From an uncultured Deinococcales bacterium (lineage in GTDB: Bacteria > Deinococcota > Deinococci > Deinococcales > JAAFIG01): DNA of 64,000 bases. Each line of letters starts with the position of its first letter. Within the stretch, counting starts at the first letter, position 1. Location: positions 37,887 to 101,886 of the forward strand of contig CAXTTL010000001.1 in the NCBI GenBank assembly GCA_964247135.1, written 5' to 3'. This document shows positions 45,231 through 54,415 of the stretch, one piece after another. The notes under the pieces were generated by a model that searched no databases, had not been told where the DNA came from, and worked only from the letters and a program-made list of their open reading frames with translations. Position numbers and translations under genes: made by a program.

Positions 45231-46090
45231 TATTTCACTGCTCCCATGGTGAGACCTTGAATCAATTGACGTTGCGCCGACCAGCCGAACGCCATCACGG
45301 GCAGAATCACCAGGGTCGCGGCGGCTGAAAGCTGCGCCCAGAACAGACCCTCAGAGGTTTTGAAGGCGCTGATGTAGACCGAGAGCGGCGCGGCATCGAC
45401 GTTGGTCAGGTTGAGGGCAAAAAAGGCTTCATTCCAGGCAAAGATCAGGCACAGCAGCGCGGTGGAGGCGATACCAGGCACCGCGAGCGGCATGGCGATG
45501 TTGATAAATTCTTGCCACAAACTTGCGCCGTCCACTTTGGCAGCCTCGAGAATTTCGCTGGGGATTTCGGAGATGTAGCTGTGCATCATCCAGATCACCA
45601 GGGGCATGTTCATGGTGGTGTACATCAGCGTTAAACCCCAAACGGTGTCGAGCAAATGCAGGTCTTTAAAAATCAGGTACAACGGTACAATCACACCGAC
45701 GGGCGGCATCATTTTGGTCGAGACAAACCAGAGCAGCGTGCCGCGACTGCGTTTGGTCGGGTAAAAAACCATCGAAAACGCGGCGGGCAAACCGAGCAAA
45801 AACGACAGCAGCGTTGAGCCAAAAGCCACCAGCAAAGAATTCAGCAACGCGTGTCCGTACTTGGCGAAAGCTCGAGTAAAATTATCAAAAATTGGTTGAA
45901 ACAAAATGATTGGCGGCGTGGTGAAAGCTTGGTCTTCGGTCTTAAAGGCGCTCATGATCATCCATAAAATCGGGAAGAAAAACGCCAGGGCGATCAACCA
46001 TGCCAGCAAAGCCAGTGAAACATTTTGGAAGCTGCGCCACGGGTGGCTCGGGTTTTTCTGAGGACGTGATCGTCTCGCTGCGGTCATCAT
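45230..46090 (-). CDS. Carbohydrate ABC transporter permease (MalG-like)
   Basis: 286 aa and multi-TM. The EAA-type loop reads EILEAAKVDGASLWQEFINIAMPLAVPG. Confidence 0.9.
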   Translation of the reverse strand: MMTAARRSRPQKNPSHPWRSFQNVSLALLAWLIALAFFFPILWMIMSAFKTEDQAFTTPPIILFQPIFDNFTRAFAKYGHALLNSLLVAFGSTLLSFLLGLPAAFSMVFYPTKRSRGTLLWFVSTKMMPPVGVIVPLYLIFKDLHLLDTVWGLTLMYTTMNMPLVIWMMHSYISEIPSEILEAAKVDGASLWQEFINIAMPLAVPGIASTALLCLIFAWNEAFFALNLTNVDAAPLSVYISAFKTSEGLFWAQLSAAATLVILPVMAFGWSAQRQLIQGLTMGAVK

Positions 46091-47007
46091 TTCACTTCCT
46101 TCACGTTGACGTTGCGGTTGACCAGGCGCAAGAACAGCGCGGTCACGATGTTTGCCAGAATCACGGCGAACACTCCCGCCGCCGATGCCATGCCGATGCT
46201 GTACTCACCGAAGGCTTTTTGAAAAATAAAATACGGCAGGTTGGTCGTGGCGGTGCCAGGACCGCCGCTGGTGGCAATGTAAATCTCGCCGTAAATTTGC
46301 AGAATAAAAATTGCCTCGAGAAGCACCACGACCTCAAACGCCCGTGTCCAGTGCGGCAGCACGATGTACCAAAATTCTTGAAAACTGTTGACACCGTCCA
46401 GCCTTGCCGCCTCGAGTTGATCGACGGGCAGCGATTGCAAACTGGTCAGCAAAATCAGCATCGCAAACGGCGTCCATTCCCAGGTGACCATCATGATGAT
46501 CGAAAGCATGGGGTACTGTGCCAACCAGTCGATGGCTTCAACACCAAAGGCTCGAGACACCACGCCGAACAAGCCGAACACTGGGTTTAACAGCGAGTTT
46601 TTCCAGATTAGAGCGGTCACGACGGGCATGATAAAAAATGGTCCGATGAACAAGGTTCTGGCGAGGTTGCGACCAAAAAATTTGCGATTGAACAGCAACG
46701 CCAGCAACGCCCCAAACACCACGGTCAAGAAAATCACGCTCAAGACCAGCACGAGGGTATTGACCAACACTGGCACGGACAATGGGTCGGTGAACAGCGT
46801 CAAATAATTCTCGAGTCCGATAAACGGACGTTTGAACGGATCGACCAGGCTATACCTGAACAGGCTGTAATAAATCGTCATGATAAACGGCACTTGGGTC
46901 GTTAAAATCAAGTACCCCAAAGCTGGCAGCAAGAGCAGCAGCGCGGGCAATCTCGAGGTGCGCCCAGATGATTGCTTGGTTTTGATGGTGCTGGGTTGGG
47001 CTGTCAT
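46087..47007 (-). CDS. Carbohydrate ABC transporter permease (MalF-like)
   Basis: 306 aa. The EAA-type loop reads QLEAARLDGVNSFQEFWYIVLPHWTRA. Confidence 0.9.
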   Translation of the reverse strand: MTAQPSTIKTKQSSGRTSRLPALLLLLPALGYLILTTQVPFIMTIYYSLFRYSLVDPFKRPFIGLENYLTLFTDPLSVPVLVNTLVLVLSVIFLTVVFGALLALLFNRKFFGRNLARTLFIGPFFIMPVVTALIWKNSLLNPVFGLFGVVSRAFGVEAIDWLAQYPMLSIIMMVTWEWTPFAMLILLTSLQSLPVDQLEAARLDGVNSFQEFWYIVLPHWTRAFEVVVLLEAIFILQIYGEIYIATSGGPGTATTNLPYFIFQKAFGEYSIGMASAAGVFAVILANIVTALFLRLVNRNVNVKEVK

Positions 47008-47111
47008 GGTTGACCTCGGAATTCAGTGTGAATCTTGTTTTGTCAGGCAATAAAAACCAATACTCGAGCCTTAAACAAAGCCGTCTCGAGCCATTACAAA
47101 TTTTTTTGTTA

Positions 47112-47188
47112 GGGCAGGTGAAACCGTTTCAACCTGCCCAAAAAGAAAGGCTCGAGTGACCCAGAGGAGGGTTATGGGGTCACTCGAG
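47112..47188 (-). promoter_or_regulatory. Two intercistronic stem-loops between the sugar SBP and permease genes
   Basis: The first is GGGCAGGT-N12-ACCTGCCC (47112-47139). The second is a perfect 12-bp inverted repeat, CTCGAGTGACCC-N14-GGGTCACTCGAG (47151-47188). Neither is followed by a U-tract on either strand, so they are more likely mRNA-stability or processing structures than terminators. Confidence 0.4.
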
Positions 47189-47196
47189 CAAGAGGC

Positions 47197-48561
47197 TTAC
47201 TTCTTGTAACCGCCCTCTTTGGCGACTTTGGTGGCGGCGGCTTGTCCAAGCTTGAGCGCTTGGCTCACGCTGTATTGCCCTGCGAGTGCGCCTGCGACGT
47301 ACTGTCCGACTTGTGTCCCTAAAGCTTGGAATTCTGGAATGCCGACGAATTGCACGCCGACGTAAGGCACTGGGTCTTTGGTGGCGTTCGTTGGGTCGGC
47401 GCGGTTGATCGAATCCAGCGTGATGCCTGCAAAATCACCGGCGGCTTTTTGGTATTCTGGATTGGCGTAGGTGCTCTTGCGGGTTCCTGGTGGGACGCTC
47501 GCCCATGTGCCGTTGGTCTTGGCGACCAGGGCAATGTATTCCTTGCTGGTTGCCCAGGTCACGAATTTAAACGCGGCGTCGGCAACTTTGCTCGACTTTG
47601 GAATGGCGAGCGACCATGACCAGAGCCAGTTGCTGCCCTTTGGCGTGCCAGGACCGGTTGGAGCGTTGGCAAAGCCGACGGTGTCCACGATCTTGGATTG
47701 CTTGGGGTCTTTCAAGAAGCCTGCGGCGACGGTGGCGTCAATCCACATGCCGCACTTGTTTTGGCTCATGTAGGTCAGGTTTTCGGTGAAACCGTTGCCG
47801 GTCGAACCTGGGGCGCCGTACTTCTTTTGGAGGTTGACGTAAAAGGTTAAAGCCGCTTTCCAAGCTGGCGTATCGATGGTGGCGTTCCATTGTGGGTCAA
47901 ACCAGCGTCCGCCGAAGGTGTTGACCATCGTCGAAAAGACCGCCATGTTCTCGCCCCAGCCCGGAAGTCCGCGCAGGCAGATGCCGTAAAAACCATTTTG
48001 TGGTTTGTGCAGCTTGGCGGCAAAGCCCGCGATTTGGTTCCAGGTTGGTTTGACGGGCATGGTCAGCTTGTTGGCGGCAAAGGCAGCCTTGTTGTAAAAC
48101 GTCATGCTCGATTCGGCGTAGAACGGCAGGGCGTAGAGGGCTTTGTTGTACGACAGACCGAGTTTGACTGGCGTCAGAAGATCGTTCACGTCATAGCTGG
48201 CTTTGATGTCGGCGTTCTTGGTGAACAAGTCATCCATCGAGTTGAGCCAGCCGTTTTTTGCCCAGATTGGCACCTCGTAGGTGCCGATGGTGGCAACGTC
48301 GTAGCTGCCCGCACCCGTGGCAATGTCGGTCGTGACTTTTTGGCGCAATTCGTTCTCTGGCAGCACATTCCACTTGAGTTTGATGTCCGGGTAGGCGGCT
48401 TCAAACGTTGAGGTCAAGCTTTCCATCGTTTTCATGTCTGAGTTGTTGACTGTGGCGATGGTAACCGTCACGGGTCCTTGTGCAATCGCGCCGGTTGCGA
48501 TGGCGGCAACAACTGCGCTTGTTGCCAAGCCTGCACCAATAATCCAAGTTTTTGATTTCAT
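47197..48561 (-). CDS. Carbohydrate ABC transporter substrate-binding protein (family 1)
   Basis: 454 aa with signal peptide MKSKTWIIGAGLATSAVVAAIATGAIAQG. SBP_bac_1-like blocks are present (DVATIGTYEVPIWAKNGWL, ALPFYAESSMTFYNK). It is the first gene of the SBP-permease-permease-dehydrogenase operon. Confidence 0.9.
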   Translation of the reverse strand: MKSKTWIIGAGLATSAVVAAIATGAIAQGPVTVTIATVNNSDMKTMESLTSTFEAAYPDIKLKWNVLPENELRQKVTTDIATGAGSYDVATIGTYEVPIWAKNGWLNSMDDLFTKNADIKASYDVNDLLTPVKLGLSYNKALYALPFYAESSMTFYNKAAFAANKLTMPVKPTWNQIAGFAAKLHKPQNGFYGICLRGLPGWGENMAVFSTMVNTFGGRWFDPQWNATIDTPAWKAALTFYVNLQKKYGAPGSTGNGFTENLTYMSQNKCGMWIDATVAAGFLKDPKQSKIVDTVGFANAPTGPGTPKGSNWLWSWSLAIPKSSKVADAAFKFVTWATSKEYIALVAKTNGTWASVPPGTRKSTYANPEYQKAAGDFAGITLDSINRADPTNATKDPVPYVGVQFVGIPEFQALGTQVGQYVAGALAGQYSVSQALKLGQAAATKVAKEGGYKK

Positions 48562-48670
48562 CTGATCTCCTATAAGATTGCTTGAAAGGACTTTTGTTAC
48601 CGATTTGAGACTTCTTTTGTGATGCTGGTGATTTCACCCCCTCGAGAAACCTAGCCCTAAAATCTTTAAA

Positions 48671-48684
48671 TGGTCACGTGTCCA
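48671..48684. promoter_or_regulatory. Candidate LacI-family operator O1 (TGGTCACGTGTCCA)
   Basis: This is one of three copies of AAATGGTCACGTG[T/A]CCA in the divergent SBP/lacI intergenic region. It is a 14-bp palindrome of the TG...CG...CA type typical of LacI-family operators. Confidence 0.55.
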
Positions 48685-48763
48685 TTTTCGTCGTGAGCGA
48701 GAATACAGTAAAAATTGGGTTTCTCAAGCCATGCAAAATGCACGAATTCAAGAATCTTCTAAA

Positions 48764-48777
48764 TGGTCACGTGTCCA
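48764..48777. promoter_or_regulatory. Candidate LacI-family operator O2 (TGGTCACGTGTCCA)
   Basis: The 14-mer is identical to O1 and lies 93 bp downstream. Confidence 0.55.
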
Positions 48778-48826
48778 GAACTTTACATGATCGGACTTAC
48801 ATTTGTAAAGCCCCTTGTGGTTAAAA

Positions 48827-48840
48827 TGGTCACGTGACCA
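48827..48840. promoter_or_regulatory. Candidate LacI-family operator O3 (perfect palindrome TGGTCACGTGACCA) overlapping the lacI-family start codon
   Basis: This is a perfect 14-bp palindrome. Its central GTG (48834-48836) is the predicted start codon of the regulator gene. Confidence 0.55.
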
Positions 48841-49853
48841 ATATTCACGATGTTGCCAAAAGGGCTGGAGTCTCGGCGACAACTGCAAAACGTGCCATCC
48901 ACGAGCCGCAACTCCTGACCAAAGCGACGCTCGAGCGGGTCACCCGTGCCATCACCGACCTGAATTACGAACCCGACCGCACGGCGGGGGCACTCAGGCG
49001 CGGTCACAGCCACACCATCGGCTTGATGGTCGGCAACATTATCGAACCGTTTTTCGCACAGCTTACCCGCACGGTTGCCAAAGCCGTTCATGCCAGAGGT
49101 TACGCCCTGATTGTCGCCGACAACGAATACGACTCCAACCTCGAGCTTGAAAACCTGCGCATGTTTCATGGACACCGCGTCAGCGGCTTGATCGTGCGTT
49201 CCGCTTTCGGTTCGGGTAACCTCGAGTATTTGAAGCGCCTGCACGAGCAGGGGACGTATATCCTCGAGATTGATCACTTTTTGGCGGGCAGCCCGTTTGG
49301 GCATGTGCTTTTGGAGAATGCCGAGTGCGTCGATATGGGCGTGCGTTATCTGCACAATTTGGGTCACAAGCGCATTGCCGCGTTGACCGTGTTCGACGCC
49401 GAAAAGCTACAAGACGAACGTGGCAAGGCTTTTCCTAATGTCATGAAATCCCTCGGTTTGCGCCTGCCCAAAGCCTATCAGCACGGCGCGACCTTGAGCG
49501 AGGAGGGCGCATACAACTTGACACTCGAGTTGCTGCGTCTTTCAGAGCCGCCCACCGCCATTTTTTCGATGACGGGTAACGAAGCCGCCGGTGCGTTTCG
49601 TGCCATCAGGGAACTGAAATTGCGAATTCCTGAGGACGTTTCGTTTTTGACCTTCGACGATTACTCTTGGACCAGTCTGGTCGATCCGCCGCTCGACGTG
49701 ATTATTCAACCCATCGAGGACATGGGTCTTGCCGCCGCCAAAATTGTGATTGATGCAATTCAAAGCCGAGATTTGAAAACAGTGGTGCGCAAACGATTCC
49801 CAGGCACTTTAATTCGGCGCGGCAGTTGTGCGCCACCAAAAAAGAAAAAGTAA
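48834..49853 (+). CDS. LacI family transcriptional regulator
   Basis: The GTG start gives MTNIHDVAKRAGVSATTAKRAIH (LacI-type HTH), followed by a periplasmic-binding-protein-like sugar-binding domain. Confidence 0.9.
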   Translation: MTNIHDVAKRAGVSATTAKRAIHEPQLLTKATLERVTRAITDLNYEPDRTAGALRRGHSHTIGLMVGNIIEPFFAQLTRTVAKAVHARGYALIVADNEYDSNLELENLRMFHGHRVSGLIVRSAFGSGNLEYLKRLHEQGTYILEIDHFLAGSPFGHVLLENAECVDMGVRYLHNLGHKRIAALTVFDAEKLQDERGKAFPNVMKSLGLRLPKAYQHGATLSEEGAYNLTLELLRLSEPPTAIFSMTGNEAAGAFRAIRELKLRIPEDVSFLTFDDYSWTSLVDPPLDVIIQPIEDMGLAAAKIVIDAIQSRDLKTVVRKRFPGTLIRRGSCAPPKKKK

Positions 49854-49900
49854 TTCAATTTTTAAATGATTTATTCTATAAAATATTCTCGAGGTGAACG

Positions 49901-51322
49901 ATGCTGCTTGGTTTGGATTTAGGAACGGGTTCACTCAAAGCAATCTTACTGGACGAAAACGCTCAAATTGTCGCTGAGGCAACTCGAGCTTACAACGTTC
50001 ATGCGCCGCAAGCGGGTTGGGCGGAATCCAACCCGAACGATTGGTGGACTGCCGCAACGAACGCCACCCTCGAGCTTGGTCACGGGGATGAAATTACAGC
50101 CATTGGTTTTTCGGGTCAGATGCACGGCGTGGTGTTATCTGATGCCAGCGGTCAAGCTTTACGCAACGCGATTTTATGGGCAGATACGCGATCAAACCTC
50201 GAGCTTGAACAATATAGAAATCTCGAGCCTCAAACCTTGCAACGCCTGGCGAATCCGCTGGTGACAGGCATGGCGGGCGCAAGTTTACTGTGGCTCAAAA
50301 AACATGAACCTAAAATTCTCGAATCGGCGCATTGGGCGTTTCAACCCAAAGACTGGCTGCGGTTTCAACTGACCAAACAAGCTTTTAGTGAACCTTCAGA
50401 TGCCAGTGGCACACTGCTCTATGACCTCGAGCGCGATGATTGGGCTTTTGATGTTATCGAAAAACTCGAGCTTCCACAGACTTTGTTTGCGCCATTAAAA
50501 GGCTCGAGTGACATTGCGGGGACACTCTCGGGCAAAGCGGCAAGTCAACTTGGTTTGAGGGCTGGAATTCCTGTGGCGGCTGGCGGAGGCGACACGCCGA
50601 TGGCGATGTTTGGCAGCGGCATTCTCAAACCTGGAATGGTGCAACTTTCAATCGGTTCGGGGGCGCAAATCGTTGCCCCTCGAGATGCCGCGATCATCGA
50701 CACCAGTTTACGCACACACTTGTACCGGGCTGTGACCCCGCACGGTTGGTACGCGATGGCTGCCATGCAAAACGCTGGACTGGCGCTCGAGTGGGTGCGA
50801 TCCATGCTCGGTTTGGATTGGGAAACCGCGTACCTGGAGGCATTCGCCCTCGAGCATACAAATGGTTTGCGTTTTTTACCGTACCTGATGGGCGAACGCA
50901 CACCGCACCTCAATCCGAATGCCAGGGGCGCGTGGGTGGGTTTGGCGCTCTCGCATACCAGGGGACATTTGATGCGTGCCGCCTTTGAAGGCGTGGCATT
51001 TGCAATTCGTGATGGGTTTGAGGCGCTGCTCGAGACTGGAATCCAAGCCCCAAGTTTGCGGCTGGCGGGCGGTGGAACACGGGTTCAACTCTGGCGGCAA
51101 TTGCTTGCCGACATTTTGCAACGTTCGTTATATACCAGCGAAATCTCGAGTGCTTCCGCCAGAGGTGCGGCACTGATCGCAGGTGTGGCGAGCGGCGTAT
51201 TCTCGAGTTGTGAAGATACTTTGCGTTTTGCGCCGACACCGCAATTGATCGCAGAACCGAACGGAAATCTCGAGGAAGCCTATGGACGGTTTAAAGGCTT
51301 GTACTCGAGTTGCAATACTTAA
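49901..51322 (+). CDS. xylB: FGGY family carbohydrate kinase (xylulokinase-like)
   Basis: 473 aa. MLLGLDLGTGSLKAILLDENAQIVAEATRAYNVHAPQAGWAESNPNDWW matches the XylB N-terminal pattern. The C-terminal FGGY block is also present (LRLAGGGTRVQLWRQLLADI). Confidence 0.75.
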   Translation: MLLGLDLGTGSLKAILLDENAQIVAEATRAYNVHAPQAGWAESNPNDWWTAATNATLELGHGDEITAIGFSGQMHGVVLSDASGQALRNAILWADTRSNLELEQYRNLEPQTLQRLANPLVTGMAGASLLWLKKHEPKILESAHWAFQPKDWLRFQLTKQAFSEPSDASGTLLYDLERDDWAFDVIEKLELPQTLFAPLKGSSDIAGTLSGKAASQLGLRAGIPVAAGGGDTPMAMFGSGILKPGMVQLSIGSGAQIVAPRDAAIIDTSLRTHLYRAVTPHGWYAMAAMQNAGLALEWVRSMLGLDWETAYLEAFALEHTNGLRFLPYLMGERTPHLNPNARGAWVGLALSHTRGHLMRAAFEGVAFAIRDGFEALLETGIQAPSLRLAGGGTRVQLWRQLLADILQRSLYTSEISSASARGAALIAGVASGVFSSCEDTLRFAPTPQLIAEPNGNLEEAYGRFKGLYSSCNT

Positions 51323-51675
51323 ACATCAAGCGTTTTTGCACCAAACACAAACCAGGCTTTGCTGATTTTGTCAGCCTCAACTTCGTACATTGCCACCATC
51401 TCGAGCGTCCCCGTGCCTTCGGGAAACGTGCGTGTGACGAGTTCATAGTCGATTACCAGATTGCCAGACACGATGCGGTTCAGTAACTTTGCATGAAGGT
51501 TTGGTTCTTGAAGCCGCACGATCTGGCGTTCACGCAATTCTAGAGCGTTCGCTGCCAGCAGGGTCGCAGGATGCTCAAAAACTTGCACGTTTTCGGCATA
51601 AGTTGCCATCAGCGCGTTAATGTCTTTGGCATTGTAGGCATCGAGTTGTTGTTGCACCAGCATTTCAGGTGTCAT
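51319..51675 (-). CDS. NTF2-like / SnoaL-like domain protein
   Basis: 118 aa. QQQLDAYNAKDINALMATYAENVQVFE is a typical SnoaL/NTF2-like N-terminus. The gene is convergent with xylB and overlaps it by 4 nt. Confidence 0.6.
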   Translation of the reverse strand: MTPEMLVQQQLDAYNAKDINALMATYAENVQVFEHPATLLAANALELRERQIVRLQEPNLHAKLLNRIVSGNLVIDYELVTRTFPEGTGTLEMVAMYEVEADKISKAWFVFGAKTLDV

Positions 51676-51714
51676 ATCCCCAGTCTACAAGCTCGAGTGT
51701 GCCAATATAAAACC

Positions 51715-52740
51715 ATGAAAGTTGTTTTCACCTGCATCTTGATTCTGTTGAGCGTGAGCAGTTTGGCATCACCCAACAATCCAAGCCTGGCAATTGATGT
51801 GATGCTCTCGAGTTTGACCAAAACTGGACGATTTTCTGGTGCGGTCTTAATTGCTCGAGATGACAAGGTTTTGCTGCGCAAGGGTTATGGTTTTGCCAAC
51901 CGATCAAACCGCATTCCGTTCATGCCAGACACACGGCATCACGTGGCTTCGATCTCGAAAATGTTCACGGCAATGACGGTTTTAAAACTTCGAGATCAGA
52001 ACAGTTTAAAACTCGAAGCTTCAATTTGCAGCTATCTCGAGCCATGTCCAAAAATATGGCAAGCCGTCACGGTGCAAAACTTGCTGCGTCACACTTCGGG
52101 CATTCCAGATTACGAGGAGAAACTGGGTTTGTACTCAAAGGCGTACCTCGAGTTCATGACGCGAAAGGATGCAACGCGGAACATTATAAAAAACGCTCGA
52201 ACACAAAATCTCGAGTTCAAACCTGGCACACGGTTTCAATACTCAAACACGGGTTATGTGCTGCTCTCGAGCATTGTCGAAAAGGTTTCAAAAATGCCGT
52301 TCAACCAAGCCGTGCAAAAAATGGTGCTCGAGCCTGCGGGTTTAAAAAACACGGGCATGTTTGAAGCTGGTATGACGGGCATCTCGAGCGGCTACGGCAA
52401 AAACTGGAAAGCCATCCCAAAACTGGCATTGACGCCGCCAGCCGGAGACGCCGCACTGGTCAGCACTTTGGACGATTTGTACCGTTGGAGCGAATTGATG
52501 GATGCTCAAGAAGTGCGGGAAGTTTTCAAGCCTGGACTGGGCGGTTACGGTGATGGTTGGTTTATCGACACGCGTTTTGGACGCAAACGGTACATCCACA
52601 CGGGCGAATTGCCAGGGTATCGGACGGTGTTCGTGAAATACCCCGGCGAAAAACTGACGATTATTTTGTTTTCCAATCAAGACCGAAGTCCAATGGAAAT
52701 CCTCACTCGAGATATTACGGCGTTGTTGTTAAGCCATTAA
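51715..52740 (+). CDS. Serine hydrolase, beta-lactamase (class C/PBP4-like) family
   Basis: The start is ATG 51715 with signal peptide MKVVFTCILILLSVSSLASP. The SxxK motif (ASISKMFT) and the YSNTGY motif (YxN) are present. Confidence 0.8.
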   Translation: MKVVFTCILILLSVSSLASPNNPSLAIDVMLSSLTKTGRFSGAVLIARDDKVLLRKGYGFANRSNRIPFMPDTRHHVASISKMFTAMTVLKLRDQNSLKLEASICSYLEPCPKIWQAVTVQNLLRHTSGIPDYEEKLGLYSKAYLEFMTRKDATRNIIKNARTQNLEFKPGTRFQYSNTGYVLLSSIVEKVSKMPFNQAVQKMVLEPAGLKNTGMFEAGMTGISSGYGKNWKAIPKLALTPPAGDAALVSTLDDLYRWSELMDAQEVREVFKPGLGGYGDGWFIDTRFGRKRYIHTGELPGYRTVFVKYPGEKLTIILFSNQDRSPMEILTRDITALLLSH

Positions 52741-52743
52741 ATA

Positions 52744-53193
52744 TCAAACACCAAATTGCCCGAAGTGATAACTCAGGTGCTTGTACTGCAATTTCCCCCA
52801 TTCTTCGGGCGTCAAAGACCCAAAGAAAAAATGGGGGTGGTTGGTCACCCTGGCAACGCCGCCTTCGTTAAACTTTGCCAGTAAAGCACTGAGCCGCGCT
52901 TTCTCCTCGAGAAAAAGTTTTGGTTCTGTGACCCGAATTGAATTGTCGGTCGGGGTGTTGCGCGGCAATGGGCTGTCATCGAAGGCTTTGGTTTTAAAAA
53001 AATTACCAATCAAACGACCCATCAACGAACGTGGCGGTTTCGGTTCGCCCATCGCCAGCTCGAGTCCGTTTGAAACGTGCGCCATCATTTGCGCCACGTC
53101 CATTTTGCCCCATTGCCCTTTGGTTTCGGGACTCAGTTGCTCGAGACGTTGCAAAGCTTCTGCCAGGGCATTGGTTTCAAGCAGGGATTTCAT
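52744..53193 (-). CDS. DUF1569 (DinB-like) family protein
   Basis: 149 aa. The C-terminal sequence HPHFFFGSLTPEEWGKLQYKHLSYHFGQFGV matches my memory of DUF1569. Confidence 0.55.
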   Translation of the reverse strand: MKSLLETNALAEALQRLEQLSPETKGQWGKMDVAQMMAHVSNGLELAMGEPKPPRSLMGRLIGNFFKTKAFDDSPLPRNTPTDNSIRVTEPKLFLEEKARLSALLAKFNEGGVARVTNHPHFFFGSLTPEEWGKLQYKHLSYHFGQFGV

Positions 53194-53218
53194 GGTTACC
53201 GCCTTTCTCGGACTAAAT

Positions 53219-54379
53219 TTATGTTGTCACTGCCAAGCGAATTCGCTCGAGCGCTTGGGTCAAGACCTGACGGCTGGTGGCAAAATTGAGCCGCACAAAA
53301 CCCGTGTAATCCGCGCCAAAATTTGTGCCTTCGTTCAAGCCGACTCTGGCAGTCTCGAGCAAGAATTTTTGAACCTCTGGCGCCTGCGGGTAGGCGTTGA
53401 AGTCGAGCCAGGCGAGGTAGGTGGCTTCGGGCAGGATGCACTTGACTTCTGGCAGGTGCTCGGTCAGGTAAGCGCCCAAGAATTCACGGTTGGCGTGCAA
53501 ATAACTTTTGGTTTTCTCGAGCCAGGGCATTCCCAATTCAAGTCCTGCCAGCCACGCCGTTTCGGACATGATGTTGGCGTGTCCCATCAAGCCTTTGGTG
53601 ACGGCTTGAATCCGCTCGAGCAATTTGGGGTTGGTGCTGATGACCGCGCCAATGCCCAAACCTGCGGTGGTGAAGGTTTTGCAAGGTCCGGTAATGGTCA
53701 CGGTTCGCTCTGAAATATCTGGGCTGAGCGAAGCAAACGGAACATGCACCGCCCCAGGCTCGAGGATTAAATTGGCGTGGAGTTCGTCGGAGATCACGTA
53801 AAGGCGGTGCTTTAAGACAAATGCCGCCAGTTTCTCGAGTTCGGTTCTGGTGAATACCCGTCCCGTCGGATTGTGCGGATTGCAGATCATCAAGACCCGA
53901 GTGCCTGGCGTGACCAGCGCCTCGAGGTTGTCAAAATCGATGATCCACTTGTTGTCCGCAATCAGCATTTTATTCTCGAGCATCTTGCGGTTGTGGTCTT
54001 TGATCGAACTCATGAAGGGCGGGTAAATCGGGGTTTGGGTGATGATCTCGTCATTTATGCTGGAGAGTCCGAGCACGCTGGCGTACATGCCTGGCACGAC
54101 CCCAGACACCAACCAGATGTTTTCTGGTTTTAAACCCGTCCAGCCAAAGCCTGCCATGTGCGCCACAATGCCGTCTAACAGCTTTGGGTAACCCGACATG
54201 TTCTCATAGCCCACCCAATGGTCTGCCCGTGCCTTTAACGCTGCCAGAATTTCTGGTGCGGGCAAGAAGTCCATGTCGGCAACCCACAACGGCAGCACGT
54301 CGCGTTCAAAGTAATTCCATTTGATCGAATACGCGTCGTAAATGTTTTCGGCGGTCAAATCATCGTAATTCTGGCTCAT
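53219..54379 (-). CDS. PLP-dependent aminotransferase class I/II, MalY/PatB (cystathionine beta-lyase-like) family
   Basis: 386 aa. The sequence contains LWVADMDFLPAPEILAALKARADHWVGY, CNPHNPTGRVF and a fold-type I layout. Confidence 0.75.
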   Translation of the reverse strand: MSQNYDDLTAENIYDAYSIKWNYFERDVLPLWVADMDFLPAPEILAALKARADHWVGYENMSGYPKLLDGIVAHMAGFGWTGLKPENIWLVSGVVPGMYASVLGLSSINDEIITQTPIYPPFMSSIKDHNRKMLENKMLIADNKWIIDFDNLEALVTPGTRVLMICNPHNPTGRVFTRTELEKLAAFVLKHRLYVISDELHANLILEPGAVHVPFASLSPDISERTVTITGPCKTFTTAGLGIGAVISTNPKLLERIQAVTKGLMGHANIMSETAWLAGLELGMPWLEKTKSYLHANREFLGAYLTEHLPEVKCILPEATYLAWLDFNAYPQAPEVQKFLLETARVGLNEGTNFGADYTGFVRLNFATSRQVLTQALERIRLAVTT

Positions 54380-54415
54380 GACTCAAGCTTAACTCGAGAA
54401 GCCAACTTCACGCTT

